From Pseudomonadota bacterium (lineage in GTDB: Bacteria > Desulfobacterota > Desulfobacteria > Desulfobacterales > RPRI01), in NCBI GenBank assembly GCA_043825875.1, contig JBDRRF010000018.1:23761-87760 (forward strand): 64,000 bases of DNA. The letters are read 5' to 3'. Each line of letters opens with the position of its first letter. Within the stretch, counting starts at the first letter, position 1. The translations under genes and the position numbers were made by a program. The notes under the pieces are model-generated. The model had not been told where the DNA came from. It did not search any database and saw nothing but the letters and a program-made list of their open reading frames with translations. Below, in pieces: positions 1 through 10,017 of the stretch.

Positions 1-165
1 AGTAGTTATAAAGCTCTGGATAACTTTATAAATGTAATGATATCCGGAAAGATTAAAGCATTAGCATTCTATTGTTTTTTTGTTTAGTTATGCAAAGGCT
101 GGGGCTCCTTTAACAAAAGAATTTAGGAAGATATATAATTTACTGCCAAATTATTTGCAATAATA
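1..165 (-). promoter_or_regulatory. Promoter + attI-like module, copy W (cut by the window edge)
   Basis: nt 1-53 align without gaps to 10026-10078 (37/53 identical by hand count, including GATATCCGGAAAGAT). nt 131-165 match 10983-11015. The minus strand reads TTGCAA-N17-TATATA. Confidence 0.6.
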
Positions 166-210
166 AAATGCTTTTAACTTTGCGTATAATTTCCCTTTAG
201 CTTATAGAAA

Positions 211-579
211 TTATTTACCATCACCGATAAGAGGCAATTCTTTTTCCAGGCTGAAAAACACCAGATATTTGCTTTCTTCTCTGGGATATCTTTTTCTAAG
301 TAATGATTTTAATAATTCGGTATCCTGTTCTTCACGTATCTTTTTTAAATAAAGTCTTTTTCCTTTATATCCCGGATCATCTTCGATAAAAAGATAACTT
401 GCATAAGGATTGGATTGAAGATTGTGGTGAGTAAGCCTGTCAAGCATGATGATAGCTATTGTTCCATCTTCAAGAAAATGAGGCCGCGAATATATGGCCG
501 TATTCACCTTTCCATCTTTATCTGCGGTTGCAAACACACTGGTTCCATTTGTACTTTCAAAATATTCTTTGAGTTCCAT
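211..579 (-). CDS. Pyridoxamine 5'-phosphate oxidase-like FMN-binding protein
   Basis: 122 aa; ATADKDGKVN..YSRP and T.HNL..NP.A split-barrel motifs. Confidence 0.8.
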   Translation of the reverse strand: MELKEYFESTNGTSVFATADKDGKVNTAIYSRPHFLEDGTIAIIMLDRLTHHNLQSNPYASYLFIEDDPGYKGKRLYLKKIREEQDTELLKSLLRKRYPREESKYLVFFSLEKELPLIGDGK

Positions 580-781
580 GATATACCCCTTTTTTATTCG
601 ATAAAATATAAATAGTTTGTTTTTCAGACGGCTTAAATGTTAATTATCTGTAAATGCGTTTCTATTTCTTATTAAAATGATAATGGCGAAATAAAAAAGG
701 TCAATCTAAAAATTTCTAAAAAATATTATTGATTACATCTTTTATGAACTCTTACCATAAGGTTTATAAGTTATAGTAAAA

Positions 782-811
782 CTGGATACCGGATCGTAGT
801 CCGGCATGACG
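782..811. repeat. Solo CGTC-type REP half-element
   Basis: CTGGATACCGGATCGTAGTCCGGCATGACG resembles the right arm of the REP doublet at 21834-21861. Confidence 0.6.
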
Positions 812-835
812 GTGAGACTTGAGTGGAGGAAAAGT

Positions 836-1621
836 ATGGGAAAACTTGATGGAAAAGTTGCTGTTATTACCGGTGCAGGCCGTGGGATAGGAAAAGCTAC
901 GGCACAACTTTTTTCCAGAGAAGGTGCATCGGTTGTAATAAATGATACCGATGAAATTGTTGCTGCAAAATCAGCTAAAGATATAGAAGATTCCGGTGGT
1001 AAGGCCATTTCTTGCGTTGCTGATATAGTAAATCCTGAAGATGCTCAGAGGCTAATGGATACCGCTATTGAGAAATTTGGTGCACTGAATATTCTTGTCA
1101 ATTGTGCAGGTATCACTCGTGATGCCCCAATCCATAAAATGACCGATTTGCAGTGGGATATGGCAATAGATGTAAATCTTAAAGGAACTTTCAATTGTAT
1201 AAGAGCAGCCGCTAAATATATGCGAATAAAAGGGCATAACGGCCGTATTATTAATATATCCTCAATATCAGGAGTAAAAGGTGCGGCTACCCAGGCAAAT
1301 TATGCTTCCGCCAAGGGTGGAATCATTTCGCTGACCAAAGTGGTAGCGCATGAATGGGAACGATTTGGAATCACCTGCAACTGTATTGCTTACGGTCCCG
1401 TGGACACCCGGCTCACCAGAGCAAGGGAAGAGCAGGAAGAAGAAGTCGCTGGTGAAAAACTGGGAGTGCCGTTAAAAACACGCAATGATATGATGGAGCG
1501 ATACGACGGCAGAATTATGTCGCCGGAGGATGCGGCCCATCCAATTTTGTTTTTCGCCCTGGATGAATCATGGTGCATAAACGGGAACTGTCTCCAGGCA
1601 GCTCTCGGCGGTTTTTCTTAA
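836..1621 (+). CDS. SDR family oxidoreductase (FabG-like)
   Basis: TGAGRGIG, NCAG and YASAK motifs; GGAGG RBS before ATG 836. Confidence 0.9.
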   Translation: MGKLDGKVAVITGAGRGIGKATAQLFSREGASVVINDTDEIVAAKSAKDIEDSGGKAISCVADIVNPEDAQRLMDTAIEKFGALNILVNCAGITRDAPIHKMTDLQWDMAIDVNLKGTFNCIRAAAKYMRIKGHNGRIINISSISGVKGAATQANYASAKGGIISLTKVVAHEWERFGITCNCIAYGPVDTRLTRAREEQEEEVAGEKLGVPLKTRNDMMERYDGRIMSPEDAAHPILFFALDESWCINGNCLQAALGGFS

Positions 1622-1799
1622 AAAAGCCTTATAAGCGAATTTATAATTTTACTTAAAACTACATATTATATATAGGTGAACCAAGGAGAATAACTATCAG
1701 AATTACCAATTAAAAACTACTCTCAAATTTCTCCTTAGAAAAGTATAAACGGAGTATCCGATCTAAAATGTAACCGATGAGTTGCGCACTGCTCACTAC

Positions 1800-1833
1800 T
1801 TCCCCATTAGAAAAGGGGGATAAAGGGGGTTGT
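1800..1833. repeat. Left inverted repeat flanking the DUF559 pseudogene
   Basis: TTCCCCATTAGAAAAGGGGGATAAAGGGGGTTGT is an imperfect reverse complement of 2197-2228; a related copy lies at 46659-46688. Confidence 0.75.
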
Positions 1834-1834
1834 G

Positions 1835-2221
1835 ATGAAAATTTTATATAACCCGAAATTGAAGGCTCTATAACGAAAACTCAGAAAGCAAGGTATTTTA
1901 TCAGAGGTTTTACTCTGGGAACAATTGAAAAATAGAAAAATGAAGGGCTATCAGTTTATGAGGTAAAAGCCTATCGGGAATTATATCGTTGATTTTTATT
2001 GCAGCAAACTAAAACTGGTAATTGAAATTGATGGAGAAACTCATAATAATAGATTGTTTTATGATAAGAACCGACAGCAGGCATTGGAGGCTGAGGGTTT
2101 AACTGTTTTAAGGTTTAATGATAAAGATGTAAAAAAAGATATAGGAAGTGTTTTAACGACTATCGAAGGATGGGTTGAAAGAAATATGAAGACAGAACAA
2201 CCCCCTAACCCCCTTTGTTAA
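1835..2221 (+). pseudogene. DUF559 (Vsr-like/YcjD) endonuclease pseudogene
   Basis: Reads MKILYNPKLKAL*RKLRK..EVLLW..FMR*KPIGNYIVDFYC..LVIEIDGETH..GLTVLRF; in-frame TAA at 1871 and 1964. Confidence 0.9.
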
Positions 2222-2228
2222 GGGGGAA
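2197..2228. repeat. Right inverted repeat flanking the DUF559 pseudogene
   Basis: ACAACCCCCTAACCCCCTTTGTTAAGGGGGAA. Confidence 0.75.
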
Positions 2229-2427
2229 TTAAAGCGGTACTTCCTTTATTTCGAGATAATTCACTTGGGTTTACCTTTTATATTATAAGGTTGGTCATAT
2301 TAAGCCCCAATGCGGTTAACCTGTTAGAAACGTATGCACCATTGAATTTTAAGCTTTTTTAGTGTACTTTAAAATAATCGAAGATGTTTTATCTTTGAAA
2401 TAATACAAATACAAACCTGAGGAAATA

Positions 2428-4170
2428 ATGAGCAACGAAGATAACCATAATAAAAATATGAACAAAGCATCCGGTACAGTTGAGGCAGAACCTGTTGCCC
2501 CTCCGAATTTTATCCGAAATATTATTTCTAATGACCTTAGCTCCAATAAGAACAACGGCAGGGTTATGACTAGATTTCCACCTGAACCAAATGGCTATCT
2601 TCATATAGGGCATGCAAAATCAATCTGTTTAAATTTTGGTCTTGCCGAAGAATATAAAGGGCTTTGCAATCTCAGGTTTGACGATACAAATCCTGCTAAA
2701 GAAGAAGTCGAATATGTGGATTCGATAAAAGAAGATGTAAAATGGCTGGGCTTTGACTGGGAAAACCGACTTTATTATGCATCGGATTATTTTGAAAAAC
2801 TTTACGAATACGCGCTGAATCTGATCAAAAAAGGCAAAGCCTATGTATGTAGCTTAAATGCTGAAGAAATAAGAAAATATCGTGGCACACTCACAGAGCC
2901 TGGCATTGAAAGCCCTTACAGAAGCCGCAGTATTGAAGAAAATACTGACTTGTTTGAAAAAATGAAAAATGGTGATTTTGAAAACGGATCGCATGTTCTT
3001 CGCGCCAGGATTGATATGTCGTCTCCTAATCTGAATATGCGTGATCCTGTGCTATACCGCATTTTACATGCCGATCATCACCGTACATGCAAAAAATGGT
3101 GCATTTATCCCATGTATGATTTTGCACATGGTCTTTCCGATTCTATTGAAGGCGTTACGCATTCGATATGCACCCTTGAATTTGAAGATCATCGCCCTCT
3201 TTATGACTGGATTCTTGATGCACTGGATATCTTTCATCCGCAGCAGATCGAATTTGCCCGTCTTAACCTTAACTATACGGTATTGAGCAAAAGAAAACTT
3301 CTTGAACTTGTAGAAGGAGAATTTGTTTCCGGATGGGATGATCCGAGAATGCCTACAATCTCTGGTTTGAGAAGAAGAGGTTATACGCCTGATGCTATCA
3401 GAAATTTTTGTGAGCGTATAGGAGTAGCAAAAAGCAACAGCATTGTCGATATGGCCCTGCTGGAATTTTGCATTCGTGAAGATTTGAACAAACGTGCTCC
3501 TCGTGTTATGGGTGTACTAAATCCGTTAAAAATTGTTATTGATAACTATCCCGAAGATCTTGTTGAAGAATTTGATGCGATTAATAATCCGGAAGATTCT
3601 TCAATGGGTACCAGAAAGATTCCATTTTCCCGTGAAATTTATATCGAGAAAGAAGATTTTAGGGAAGATCCGCCGAAAAAATTCTTTCGCCTTTCACTGG
3701 GGCGTGAGGTGCGCCTCAAGCAGGCATATTATATTACCTGTGTAAGTATTGACAAAGATGAAAACACAGGTGAAATAACACAGCTTCATTGCACTTACGA
3801 TCCGAAAACAAAAGGCGGCTATTCGGATGATGGTAGAAAAGTCAAGGGTACATTGCACTGGGTTTCGGCTGCACATTGCGTGGAAGCCAAAGTACGTTTG
3901 TATGACCGTCTGTTTGTGAAAGAAAATCCGGCTGATGGAAAAGACGGTAGTAATTTTAAAGATTTTATAAACCCAGGATCTCTTGAAATACTCAAATCGT
4001 GTAAAGTCGAACCAGGTCTTTTAAAGGCAACGCCAGGAAGTATATGCCAGTTTGAAAGACTTGGTTATTTCTGTGTTGACAGCAAAGAATCATCTAAAGA
4101 CTTACTAGTATTTAACAGAACGGTCACGCTTAGAGATTCATGGGCTAAAATTGAACAAAAACAAAAGTAA
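2428..4170 (+). CDS. glnS: Glutamine--tRNA ligase
   Basis: [16 protein letters not shown] (HIGH), [14 protein letters not shown]. Confidence 0.97.
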   Translation: MSNEDNHNKNMNKASGTVEAEPVAPPNFIRNIISNDLSSNKNNGRVMTRFPPEPNGYLHIGHAKSICLNFGLAEEYKGLCNLRFDDTNPAKEEVEYVDSIKEDVKWLGFDWENRLYYASDYFEKLYEYALNLIKKGKAYVCSLNAEEIRKYRGTLTEPGIESPYRSRSIEENTDLFEKMKNGDFENGSHVLRARIDMSSPNLNMRDPVLYRILHADHHRTCKKWCIYPMYDFAHGLSDSIEGVTHSICTLEFEDHRPLYDWILDALDIFHPQQIEFARLNLNYTVLSKRKLLELVEGEFVSGWDDPRMPTISGLRRRGYTPDAIRNFCERIGVAKSNSIVDMALLEFCIREDLNKRAPRVMGVLNPLKIVIDNYPEDLVEEFDAINNPEDSSMGTRKIPFSREIYIEKEDFREDPPKKFFRLSLGREVRLKQAYYITCVSIDKDENTGEITQLHCTYDPKTKGGYSDDGRKVKGTLHWVSAAHCVEAKVRLYDRLFVKENPADGKDGSNFKDFINPGSLEILKSCKVEPGLLKATPGSICQFERLGYFCVDSKESSKDLLVFNRTVTLRDSWAKIEQKQK

Positions 4171-4171
4171 T

Positions 4172-4314
4172 GAGCCACTTTCAAAACGTTTCAGTTTGGT
4201 CAAGCTCAAGGCGGGAGAAAATTTTAACCACAGGAATACATTTAGTATTTCGAGGATTAAAATTTGAGCCCAACGCTTAAGATCGGCCAAAATGGGGCGT
4301 TTTGAAACTGGCTC
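4172..4314 (+). mobile_element. MITE family A, copy 1 (143 bp)
   Basis: TIRs GAGCCACTTTCAAAACG / CGTTTTGAAACTGGCTC; TAAT duplicated on both sides; four more copies in the window. Confidence 0.85.
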
Positions 4315-4332
4315 TAATTATTAGGTGATTAT

Positions 4333-4521
4333 ATGGAAATAGCCAAAGTTGTAAAAAAATACAGTACAAAGAATCAGCCAAGTGATTTTCGCTATTGGCA
4401 GTCGAAATCATATGAAGAGCGATTGTATGCATTAGAACAAATAAGAAAAGAATACAACTTATGGAGATATAATGCTGAGCAAGGATTTCAAAGAGTTTAT
4501 AGAATTATTAAATACAAATAA
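4333..4521 (+). CDS. Small helical protein, probable partner of the downstream nucleotidyltransferase
   Basis: 62 aa, D..YWQSKSYEERL.ALEQIR; AGGTG RBS; overlaps the next gene by 50 nt. Confidence 0.65.
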   Translation: MEIAKVVKKYSTKNQPSDFRYWQSKSYEERLYALEQIRKEYNLWRYNAEQGFQRVYRIIKYK

Positions 4522-4909
4522 AGTAAAATATCTGGTGGTTGGTGGATATGCCGTTGCTCTTCACGGTCATCCGCGTTATACTAAGGACATTGATATCTGG
4601 ATTGAACTATCTCCTGATAATGCTGCCAGAATTTTAATAGCGCTTGATAATTTTGGTTTTGGCTCGCTTAATCTCAAACCGGAGGATTTTCTTGAAAAAG
4701 ATCAAATTATACAATTGGGATATCCTCCGAATCGTATTGATTTATTAACTACGTTAACGGATTTAAGTTTTGAAGATTGCTACAATGCAAAAGTCCAAAT
4801 TTTACTTGGAGATGTGGAAATTAATTTTATTGATATCGAAAATTTAAAGAAAAATAAGCGTGCTACCGGTCGGTTACAGGATATGGCTGATGTGGAGAAT
4901 TTAGAATAA
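4472..4909 (+). CDS. Nucleotidyltransferase family protein (PolB/AbiEii-like fold)
   Basis: YLVVGGYAV..HG.PR.TKDID motif; C-terminal K.A.GR.QD..D. Confidence 0.8.
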   Translation: MLSKDFKEFIELLNTNKVKYLVVGGYAVALHGHPRYTKDIDIWIELSPDNAARILIALDNFGFGSLNLKPEDFLEKDQIIQLGYPPNRIDLLTTLTDLSFEDCYNAKVQILLGDVEINFIDIENLKKNKRATGRLQDMADVENLE

Positions 4910-4911
4910 AA

Positions 4912-5358
4912 ATGTATCAGATTATAATTAAATGGTTAGTGCTTACCGCAGCAATAATAGTTACTTCTTATTTAACCCGCGGTATAGCTGTTGATGGTAT
5001 TTTAACGGCTTTTTTTGCCGCTGCGGTTCTGGGAATCTTGAATGTTTTTTTAAGACCTATCGCTTTAGTATTAACTCTTCCGATTAATATTGTAAGTTTA
5101 GGCTTATTCACTTTTGTTATAAATGCTTTTATGTTGATTTTAACATCAAAACTTATACCCGGCTTTCATGTTAATGGGTTTTTTGCCGCAATAATCGGTT
5201 CATTATTTATAAGTTTTGTCAGTTGGCTTATTAATCTTTTAGCCGAAGAAAAAGTAACAATTATAAATAAAGAAACCAAGGTAGAAACCAGGGTAAAAAA
5301 TAATACGAACTCAGAATATATAGATTTAAACGACAAAGGTGACGGCAAATGGGAATAA
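4912..5358 (+). CDS. 4-TM membrane protein (YvlD / phage-holin superfamily IV)
   Basis: LGILN..LRP...LTLP..I.SLGLF.FVINA signature. Confidence 0.85.
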   Translation: MYQIIIKWLVLTAAIIVTSYLTRGIAVDGILTAFFAAAVLGILNVFLRPIALVLTLPINIVSLGLFTFVINAFMLILTSKLIPGFHVNGFFAAIIGSLFISFVSWLINLLAEEKVTIINKETKVETRVKNNTNSEYIDLNDKGDGKWE

Positions 5359-5523
5359 AAATATTTGTAATAACAAAAAAGTATATTTTTGCTTGACCTT
5401 TAATAATATGTATTTTACATAATCAGATGTAGCTATTGTTTATCTGCTGTTACTTCAGCGCCATGCAAAGGTTTTGAGATCTTTGACATGAAACAAAAAC
5501 CGTTTTTTAAAAGGAGATTTATT

Positions 5524-5724
5524 TTGGCGACAGGTATTGTAAAATGGTTCAACGATAAAAAGGGGTTTGGTTTTATCGAAAAGGAAGAGGGCGGGGATGT
5601 TTTTGTTCATCATTCAGCGATTACAATGTCAGGTTTCAGAACCCTTGCTGAGGGTGACCGGGTTAGCTTTGATGTAGAAGAGGGCAAACAAGGTCCTGCA
5701 GCAAAGAACGTGGAAAAAATCTAA
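5524..5724 (+). CDS. Cold-shock protein (CspA family), TTG start
   Basis: [15 protein letters not shown] (RNP1), DVFVHHSAI (RNP2); AGGAG RBS at ~5511. Confidence 0.95.
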   Translation: MATGIVKWFNDKKGFGFIEKEEGGDVFVHHSAITMSGFRTLAEGDRVSFDVEEGKQGPAAKNVEKI

Positions 5725-5738
5725 TTTTCAGTCATCTT

Positions 5739-5980
5739 AAAAAGGCATCTTAAATATTTATTATCTGTTAGGCCTATAGCAGGTATAAAAATAAATCTCA
5801 TAGACGGATAATTCAAGCGTATAAATCTGATTTGTTCTTTGTTCGATCAGCCTGCTATTATACATGCTTGATCTCTCCCCTTATGCCTTCTGAAGAAAAA
5901 AGTGGGTATCTATCCGTAAAGGGAGAAGTGTTTGTTTTAATATATTTTATTTTTATTAATACTTAATGGTGCCTTTTTTT
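5739..5980. ncRNA. Candidate structured RNA: closing stem, two stem-loops, two pseudoknot pairings
   Basis: Complementary segments: 5739-5758/5958-5978, 5776-5783/5851-5858, 5804-5810/5911-5917, 5813-5824/5858-5871, 5827-5831/5846-5850, 5874-5883/5917-5926. Confidence 0.45.
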
Positions 5981-6084
5981 GCTTAAATGTTAGTTATTTA
6001 TAATTTCCCATCGTTTTTGTTTTTCCTAAAAATGTGTTATTTTCTCATACAAGCATGATGCAACTTATTGTTTTTAATCAACTT

Positions 6085-6226
6085 GAGCCACTTTCAAAAC
6101 GCCCCATTTTGGCCGATCTCAGCGTTGGGCTCAAATTTCAATCCTCGAAATACTCACTGTATTCCTGTGGTTGATATTTTCGCCCGCCTTGAGCTTGACC
6201 AAACTGAAACGTGTTGAAAGTGGCTC
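6085..6226 (-). mobile_element. MITE family A, copy 2
   Basis: Near-identical reverse complement of 4172-4314. Confidence 0.85.
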
Positions 6227-6287
6227 AACTCACATAAAAATTTCTTGTCATATAGACGAGCTATGTTCAGTTATTTTTGGGGAAAAC

Positions 6288-7631
6288 ATGCCTGATATAC
6301 TGCTTATTCTGATTTGCCTGCTTGGTATCTTATCTTTAATTCTTATTATTCTCATTTTAAAACGCAAGCCGGAAGATATACAAATAAAGCTTAAAAATAA
6401 TTTTGAAGAACTTGAAAAACATGTGGCAAATATTGAAAGCATCGTAAAAAAAGAGTTTTTCGAAAACCGCAAAGAATATTTCGACAATTCTAAATCTGCC
6501 CGTGAAGAACAGGGTGCTTCATTGAAGGACTTTGGCGATTCACTATCAAAACGAATAGCCGAAATAGCAGGCATGCAGAAAAACCAGCTTGATACCTTTT
6601 CAAAACAACTCCTTGATATGACAAGATTAAACGAAGAAAAGCTTGAGTCTATGCGACTTACAATGGAATCACGCTTAAGTACCATGCAGGAAGAAAACAG
6701 TAAAAAGCTTGAACTAATGCGAGCAACCGTTGACGAAAAACTTCATAATACTCTTGAGACACGTCTTGGAGAATCTTTCAAGCAGGTTAGCGAACGCCTT
6801 GAACAGGTTTACAAAGGCCTTGGAGAAATGAGAAGCCTTGCTACCGGCGTTGGTGATTTAAAAAAGGTGCTTACAAATGTTAAAACCCGCGGAACCTGGG
6901 GAGAAATTCAGCTTGGTGCACTTCTCGAGCAAATTCTTTCACCCGAACAGTACGAAGCAAATGTTGCAACTAAAAAAGACAGCCGGGAAAGAGTGGAATT
7001 TGCCATAAAACTTCCGGGCCAAGACCCTACAGGACACCATGTTGTCTGGATGCCTATAGATGCAAAATTTCCGCAGGAAGATTATCAGCGTCTTCTTGAT
7101 GCGCAAGATGCCGCCGATAAAGATCTTGCCGAAAGATCTCTTAAAAATCTTGAAATAAGAATAAAGGCCGAAGCAAAAGATATAAGAGATAAATATTTAT
7201 GCCCTCCCGATACAACCGATTTCGCCCTTATGTTTATTCCTACAGAAGGCCTGTATGCGGAGATAATCCGGCGACCCGGGCTGTGCGATATCTTACAGCG
7301 GGAGTATAGAATTGTGGTTACAGGGCCCACGACCCTTGCTGCTTTATTAAACAGTCTGCAGATGGGATTTAAAACTCTTGCGATTGAAAAACGTTCAAGT
7401 GAGATCTGGCAGCTTTTGGGAACCGTTAAATCCGAGTTCAGAAAATTCGGTGATGTTCTGGCAAAAACCAAAAAGAAGCTTGATGAAGCTTCAAAAACAA
7501 TTGAAAACGCCGAGACAAGAACCCGCGCCATTGAACGCAGTCTTAGGTCAGTACAGGAAACGCCTTCACCGTCTTCGGAATTGCCTGGATGCGAAACAAA
7601 TGAAGTATCTATACAAGTACCAAGCGACTAA
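6288..7631 (+). CDS. rmuC: DNA recombination protein RmuC
   Basis: N-terminal TM, coiled coil, KTRGTWGEIQL, PIDAKFP, DFALMFIPTEGLY; the ORF extension to 6171 is partly MITE sequence. Confidence 0.93.
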   Translation: MPDILLILICLLGILSLILIILILKRKPEDIQIKLKNNFEELEKHVANIESIVKKEFFENRKEYFDNSKSAREEQGASLKDFGDSLSKRIAEIAGMQKNQLDTFSKQLLDMTRLNEEKLESMRLTMESRLSTMQEENSKKLELMRATVDEKLHNTLETRLGESFKQVSERLEQVYKGLGEMRSLATGVGDLKKVLTNVKTRGTWGEIQLGALLEQILSPEQYEANVATKKDSRERVEFAIKLPGQDPTGHHVVWMPIDAKFPQEDYQRLLDAQDAADKDLAERSLKNLEIRIKAEAKDIRDKYLCPPDTTDFALMFIPTEGLYAEIIRRPGLCDILQREYRIVVTGPTTLAALLNSLQMGFKTLAIEKRSSEIWQLLGTVKSEFRKFGDVLAKTKKKLDEASKTIENAETRTRAIERSLRSVQETPSPSSELPGCETNEVSIQVPSD

Positions 7632-7662
7632 GTACTCCATTTCATAATTTTGGTGCCATATC

Positions 7663-7696
7663 GACCATGAGACTGTGGCACAATAGTCTCATGGTC
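7663..7696. terminator. Hairpin between convergent genes
   Basis: Perfect 12-bp inverted repeat GACCATGAGACT / AGTCTCATGGTC. Confidence 0.6.
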
Positions 7697-7756
7697 AAAT
7701 TTACAAATACGTAACCGAATTCATGAAACTCTACTAAGGCTCCGATAAAGTAACTG

Positions 7757-8179
7757 TCAGCTTATTGCTGCCGTTAATTTATCTCCGTCCACATTGGCAG
7801 TATATTGTGTTACCGGATGAGGAGCAGGGCCATAAATTTTATTTCCGCTAAAATCATAAGTGGACTTGCTTACGCTGCAACATTGAACAGTATTTGTCCC
7901 GGGAACAGGATCAAGACGGCGGTGTCCTACATGCGAGCAACGGTTCTTGAAAACATGATGCTTTCCGTCTTCTCCAAGAAATACAAGTATTCGTACCGGA
8001 AGGTCTTTTCCTTCCAGACGAACAGCACCACCCGGTTGTTTAAGCTCAGGAGCTTTATTTAAGTCAAGAGTAAGTTTGCCGCCGGAATAGCTCCAGCAAG
8101 TTGAGTCTTTGGGCTCAGATGTGGCAGGACGGCCCAGCATACGTTGAAAGAAACTTCTTTTCAAAATTTTGACATCCAT
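7757..8179 (-). CDS. Rieske-like [2Fe-2S] domain protein
   Basis: NRCSH..RRLD and CCS..S.YD..G....GPA; second ligand motif is atypical. Confidence 0.7.
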   Translation of the reverse strand: MDVKILKRSFFQRMLGRPATSEPKDSTCWSYSGGKLTLDLNKAPELKQPGGAVRLEGKDLPVRILVFLGEDGKHHVFKNRCSHVGHRRLDPVPGTNTVQCCSVSKSTYDFSGNKIYGPAPHPVTQYTANVDGDKLTAAIS

Positions 8180-8257
8180 ATTTTTTCTCCTTTAACCCCG
8201 ATTTGCTTTGATGTTTAGATGATAAGGTAACAGTAAAAATTTATTGTTTTCAATGAA

Positions 8258-8686
8258 TCATTTGCTTTTTTTCTCAATTTTTTCTTTAATCCCGGAATCA
8301 AATTTTTCTTTATTGATTATAAATCTCTCATGTTTTCCTTTTGCTATCATATCTATATCATCATACGCCTCTACTTCAAAAACCAAGCGTCGTCTGTCAA
8401 CCTCGATAAGTTTTACTTTCGCTGTTGCCTCAAATCCTGCCGGAGTTGCAGCAGTATGCTTTAAATCAAAATGCGTACCCACAGTCTGTTCAGCCGGCCA
8501 GTCAAGGTAAGGATTTAAGGCCTTAATACATGCCCACTCCAAAAATCCAACCAGAAATCCTGTGGCAAATACTTCCGGCATTTGCTGGAATTCTTCAGAT
8601 TCGGGATAAAGAGCCGGGACAAGCTTTGATTTTGAAATTTGGAATTTAAATTCGTATTCAATTCCGGGTTTCAGTGTATCTTTCAT
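8258..8686 (-). CDS. Thioesterase, FlK-like hotdog fold
   Basis: VFATGFLVGFLE, TVGT...HTAATP.G, G.HERFII. Confidence 0.9.
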   Translation of the reverse strand: MKDTLKPGIEYEFKFQISKSKLVPALYPESEEFQQMPEVFATGFLVGFLEWACIKALNPYLDWPAEQTVGTHFDLKHTAATPAGFEATAKVKLIEVDRRRLVFEVEAYDDIDMIAKGKHERFIINKEKFDSGIKEKIEKKSK

Positions 8687-9040
8687 TTACAGTCTCCAGT
8701 TTATTACTTTTGTTGAACATAATCAGGATATAATGGAAACATTTAACCACGCTTTACCTGCAAAACCTTTATGAGGGTAACTTGCCGGAGCAATCGGGTT
8801 AATTATAAGATACTAAAGTATCTGTTTTTCGAATAGTTATATCTTTACAGCAATTTTTCTTTAAAATCAAATATGTTTATATTCAAAAATTAAAGATTGG
8901 ATAGTCTGCCCCAATTGAAGATAAATAAACTGGCCAAGAAGTAAAATAAAGAGAGCGCTCCATGTTATGAATATTTGAGTCCTATAAATTTTATCAAGAT
9001 AGACCCATAAAGGGATTTTGTCTTTTTTCATAATCGTAAG

Positions 9041-9169
9041 GTATGACGGGGCCAGTCACCAAGCGGCGGAAAATAAAGCAAAACGCCTTAAAAGGAAGAT
9101 AAGTCAATTTGCGACTTACTTCCAAAAACCGCTTGCCATAGCCGCTCTTTTGAAGTGGCTTTGTTAAGT
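9041..9169 (-). repeat. attC-like site 1 (129 bp)
   Basis: Minus strand: ACTTAAC AAAGCCACTTCA..AGCGGC ... GCCGCT..TGACTGGCCCC GTCATAC; imperfect hairpin; R' reads GTC instead of GTT; cassette stop TAA lies inside R''. Confidence 0.75.
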
Positions 9170-9469
9170 GTGATCTTTGTTACGGCAGTGCTTTTCAATA
9201 AACACTTTCAAAAAGCTATCCGTTTCTTCATTATCGGCTAACCAATCGTAGCCAAACCAATTATCCCATCCGGACAAAATTATCATTTTCCCACGATAAT
9301 AACTTGGATGTATCGCTTGATCTGTAACTGGTGGTATATATGTCCCTTTTCTGTGGAAACCATACCTGAGCATCAGCAAAAGGCTGACCTTCCATGAACG
9401 CCAAAATGAAAAGGTGCTTATTCTTAATCTTCCATTATGTGTAGTATGGAACTCAAATCCTTTATCCAT
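9164..9469 (-). CDS. Gene-cassette hypothetical protein
   Basis: ORF bounded by complementary core sites GTTAAGTG (9486-9479) and CACTTAAC (9170-9163). Confidence 0.75.
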   Translation of the reverse strand: MDKGFEFHTTHNGRLRISTFSFWRSWKVSLLLMLRYGFHRKGTYIPPVTDQAIHPSYYRGKMIILSGWDNWFGYDWLADNEETDSFLKVFIEKHCRNKDHT

Positions 9470-9479
9470 ATATGACTTC

Positions 9480-9591
9480 ACTTAACGCCGCAAATCACGG
9501 GCCGGGCGACGAATCACGAAAGCGGTTTAAAAAAAGAAAGCCTTCAATCACTGAACGCTCCCGCCCGGATCAGTGCATTTGTTTGTTCGGC
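9480..9591 (-). repeat. attC-like site 2 (112 bp)
   Basis: Minus strand: GCCGAAC AAACAAATGCAC..CCGGGCG ... CGCCCGG..GTGATTTGCGGC GTTAAGT; AACAAA...GGCGTT ends; extra base in the left arm. Confidence 0.85.
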
Positions 9592-10008
9592 TTTCGGGTT
9601 ATTAAATTCGTCAGCGGTCCACCATATTATTTCCTTGATGTTCGATTCTGCTGACAAAATATTATTCAAATAATTGGCTATCTCTGTGACTTTTTCAACT
9701 GTTCTTATTTTCTTGAAAAACCGTCTGATAAAAGGCTTACTTGGCTCTATAAAACATAAGAATCCATCTGGATATTCATCGTAATTACCGCATCCAATCC
9801 AGAGCTTAAAACTATCGTTCTTTATTGGGATAACCCAGCCCCAATCTTCAGAAAATATTTCCTCAACTGGAACAGCATATCCCTTCAGACCGTTGTAAAT
9901 ATATTCAGCAAGTCTTTTGCCCCAGCGATGTGGATTAACGTCATTTTCTTCACCAGAGTAAGCTGGAAATAAGTCAGATTTGAATTCTACATATGTTTTC
10001 ATATTCAT
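9544..10008 (-). CDS. Gene-cassette hypothetical protein (reads into its attC)
   Basis: Bounded by GTTCGGC (10024-10018) and GCCGAAC (9591-9585); EDWGW and WIGCGN motifs. Confidence 0.75.
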   Translation of the reverse strand: MNMKTYVEFKSDLFPAYSGEENDVNPHRWGKRLAEYIYNGLKGYAVPVEEIFSEDWGWVIPIKNDSFKLWIGCGNYDEYPDGFLCFIEPSKPFIRRFFKKIRTVEKVTEIANYLNNILSAESNIKEIIWWTADEFNNPKAEQTNALIRAGAFSD

Positions 10009-10017
10009 TGAAATCAC

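Noticed and set aside
1835..2221. TAA recoding in DUF559
   Set aside because: TAA ends many intact genes here (glnS, queC), so these are ordinary nonsense mutations.
4912..5358. Holin-family gene as evidence of a prophage
   Set aside because: YvlD-type proteins are common chromosomal genes, and no phage genes are nearby.
5888..5930. CTGAAGA as a hammerhead ribozyme core
   Set aside because: No stem II followed by GAAA, and no stem III/NUH arrangement.
6171..6287. N-terminal ORF extensions of rmuC (6171) and serS (53751); ORFs 44225-44416 and 53576-53779
   Set aside because: They start in or run through MITE sequence; the family-consistent starts are 6288 and 53808.
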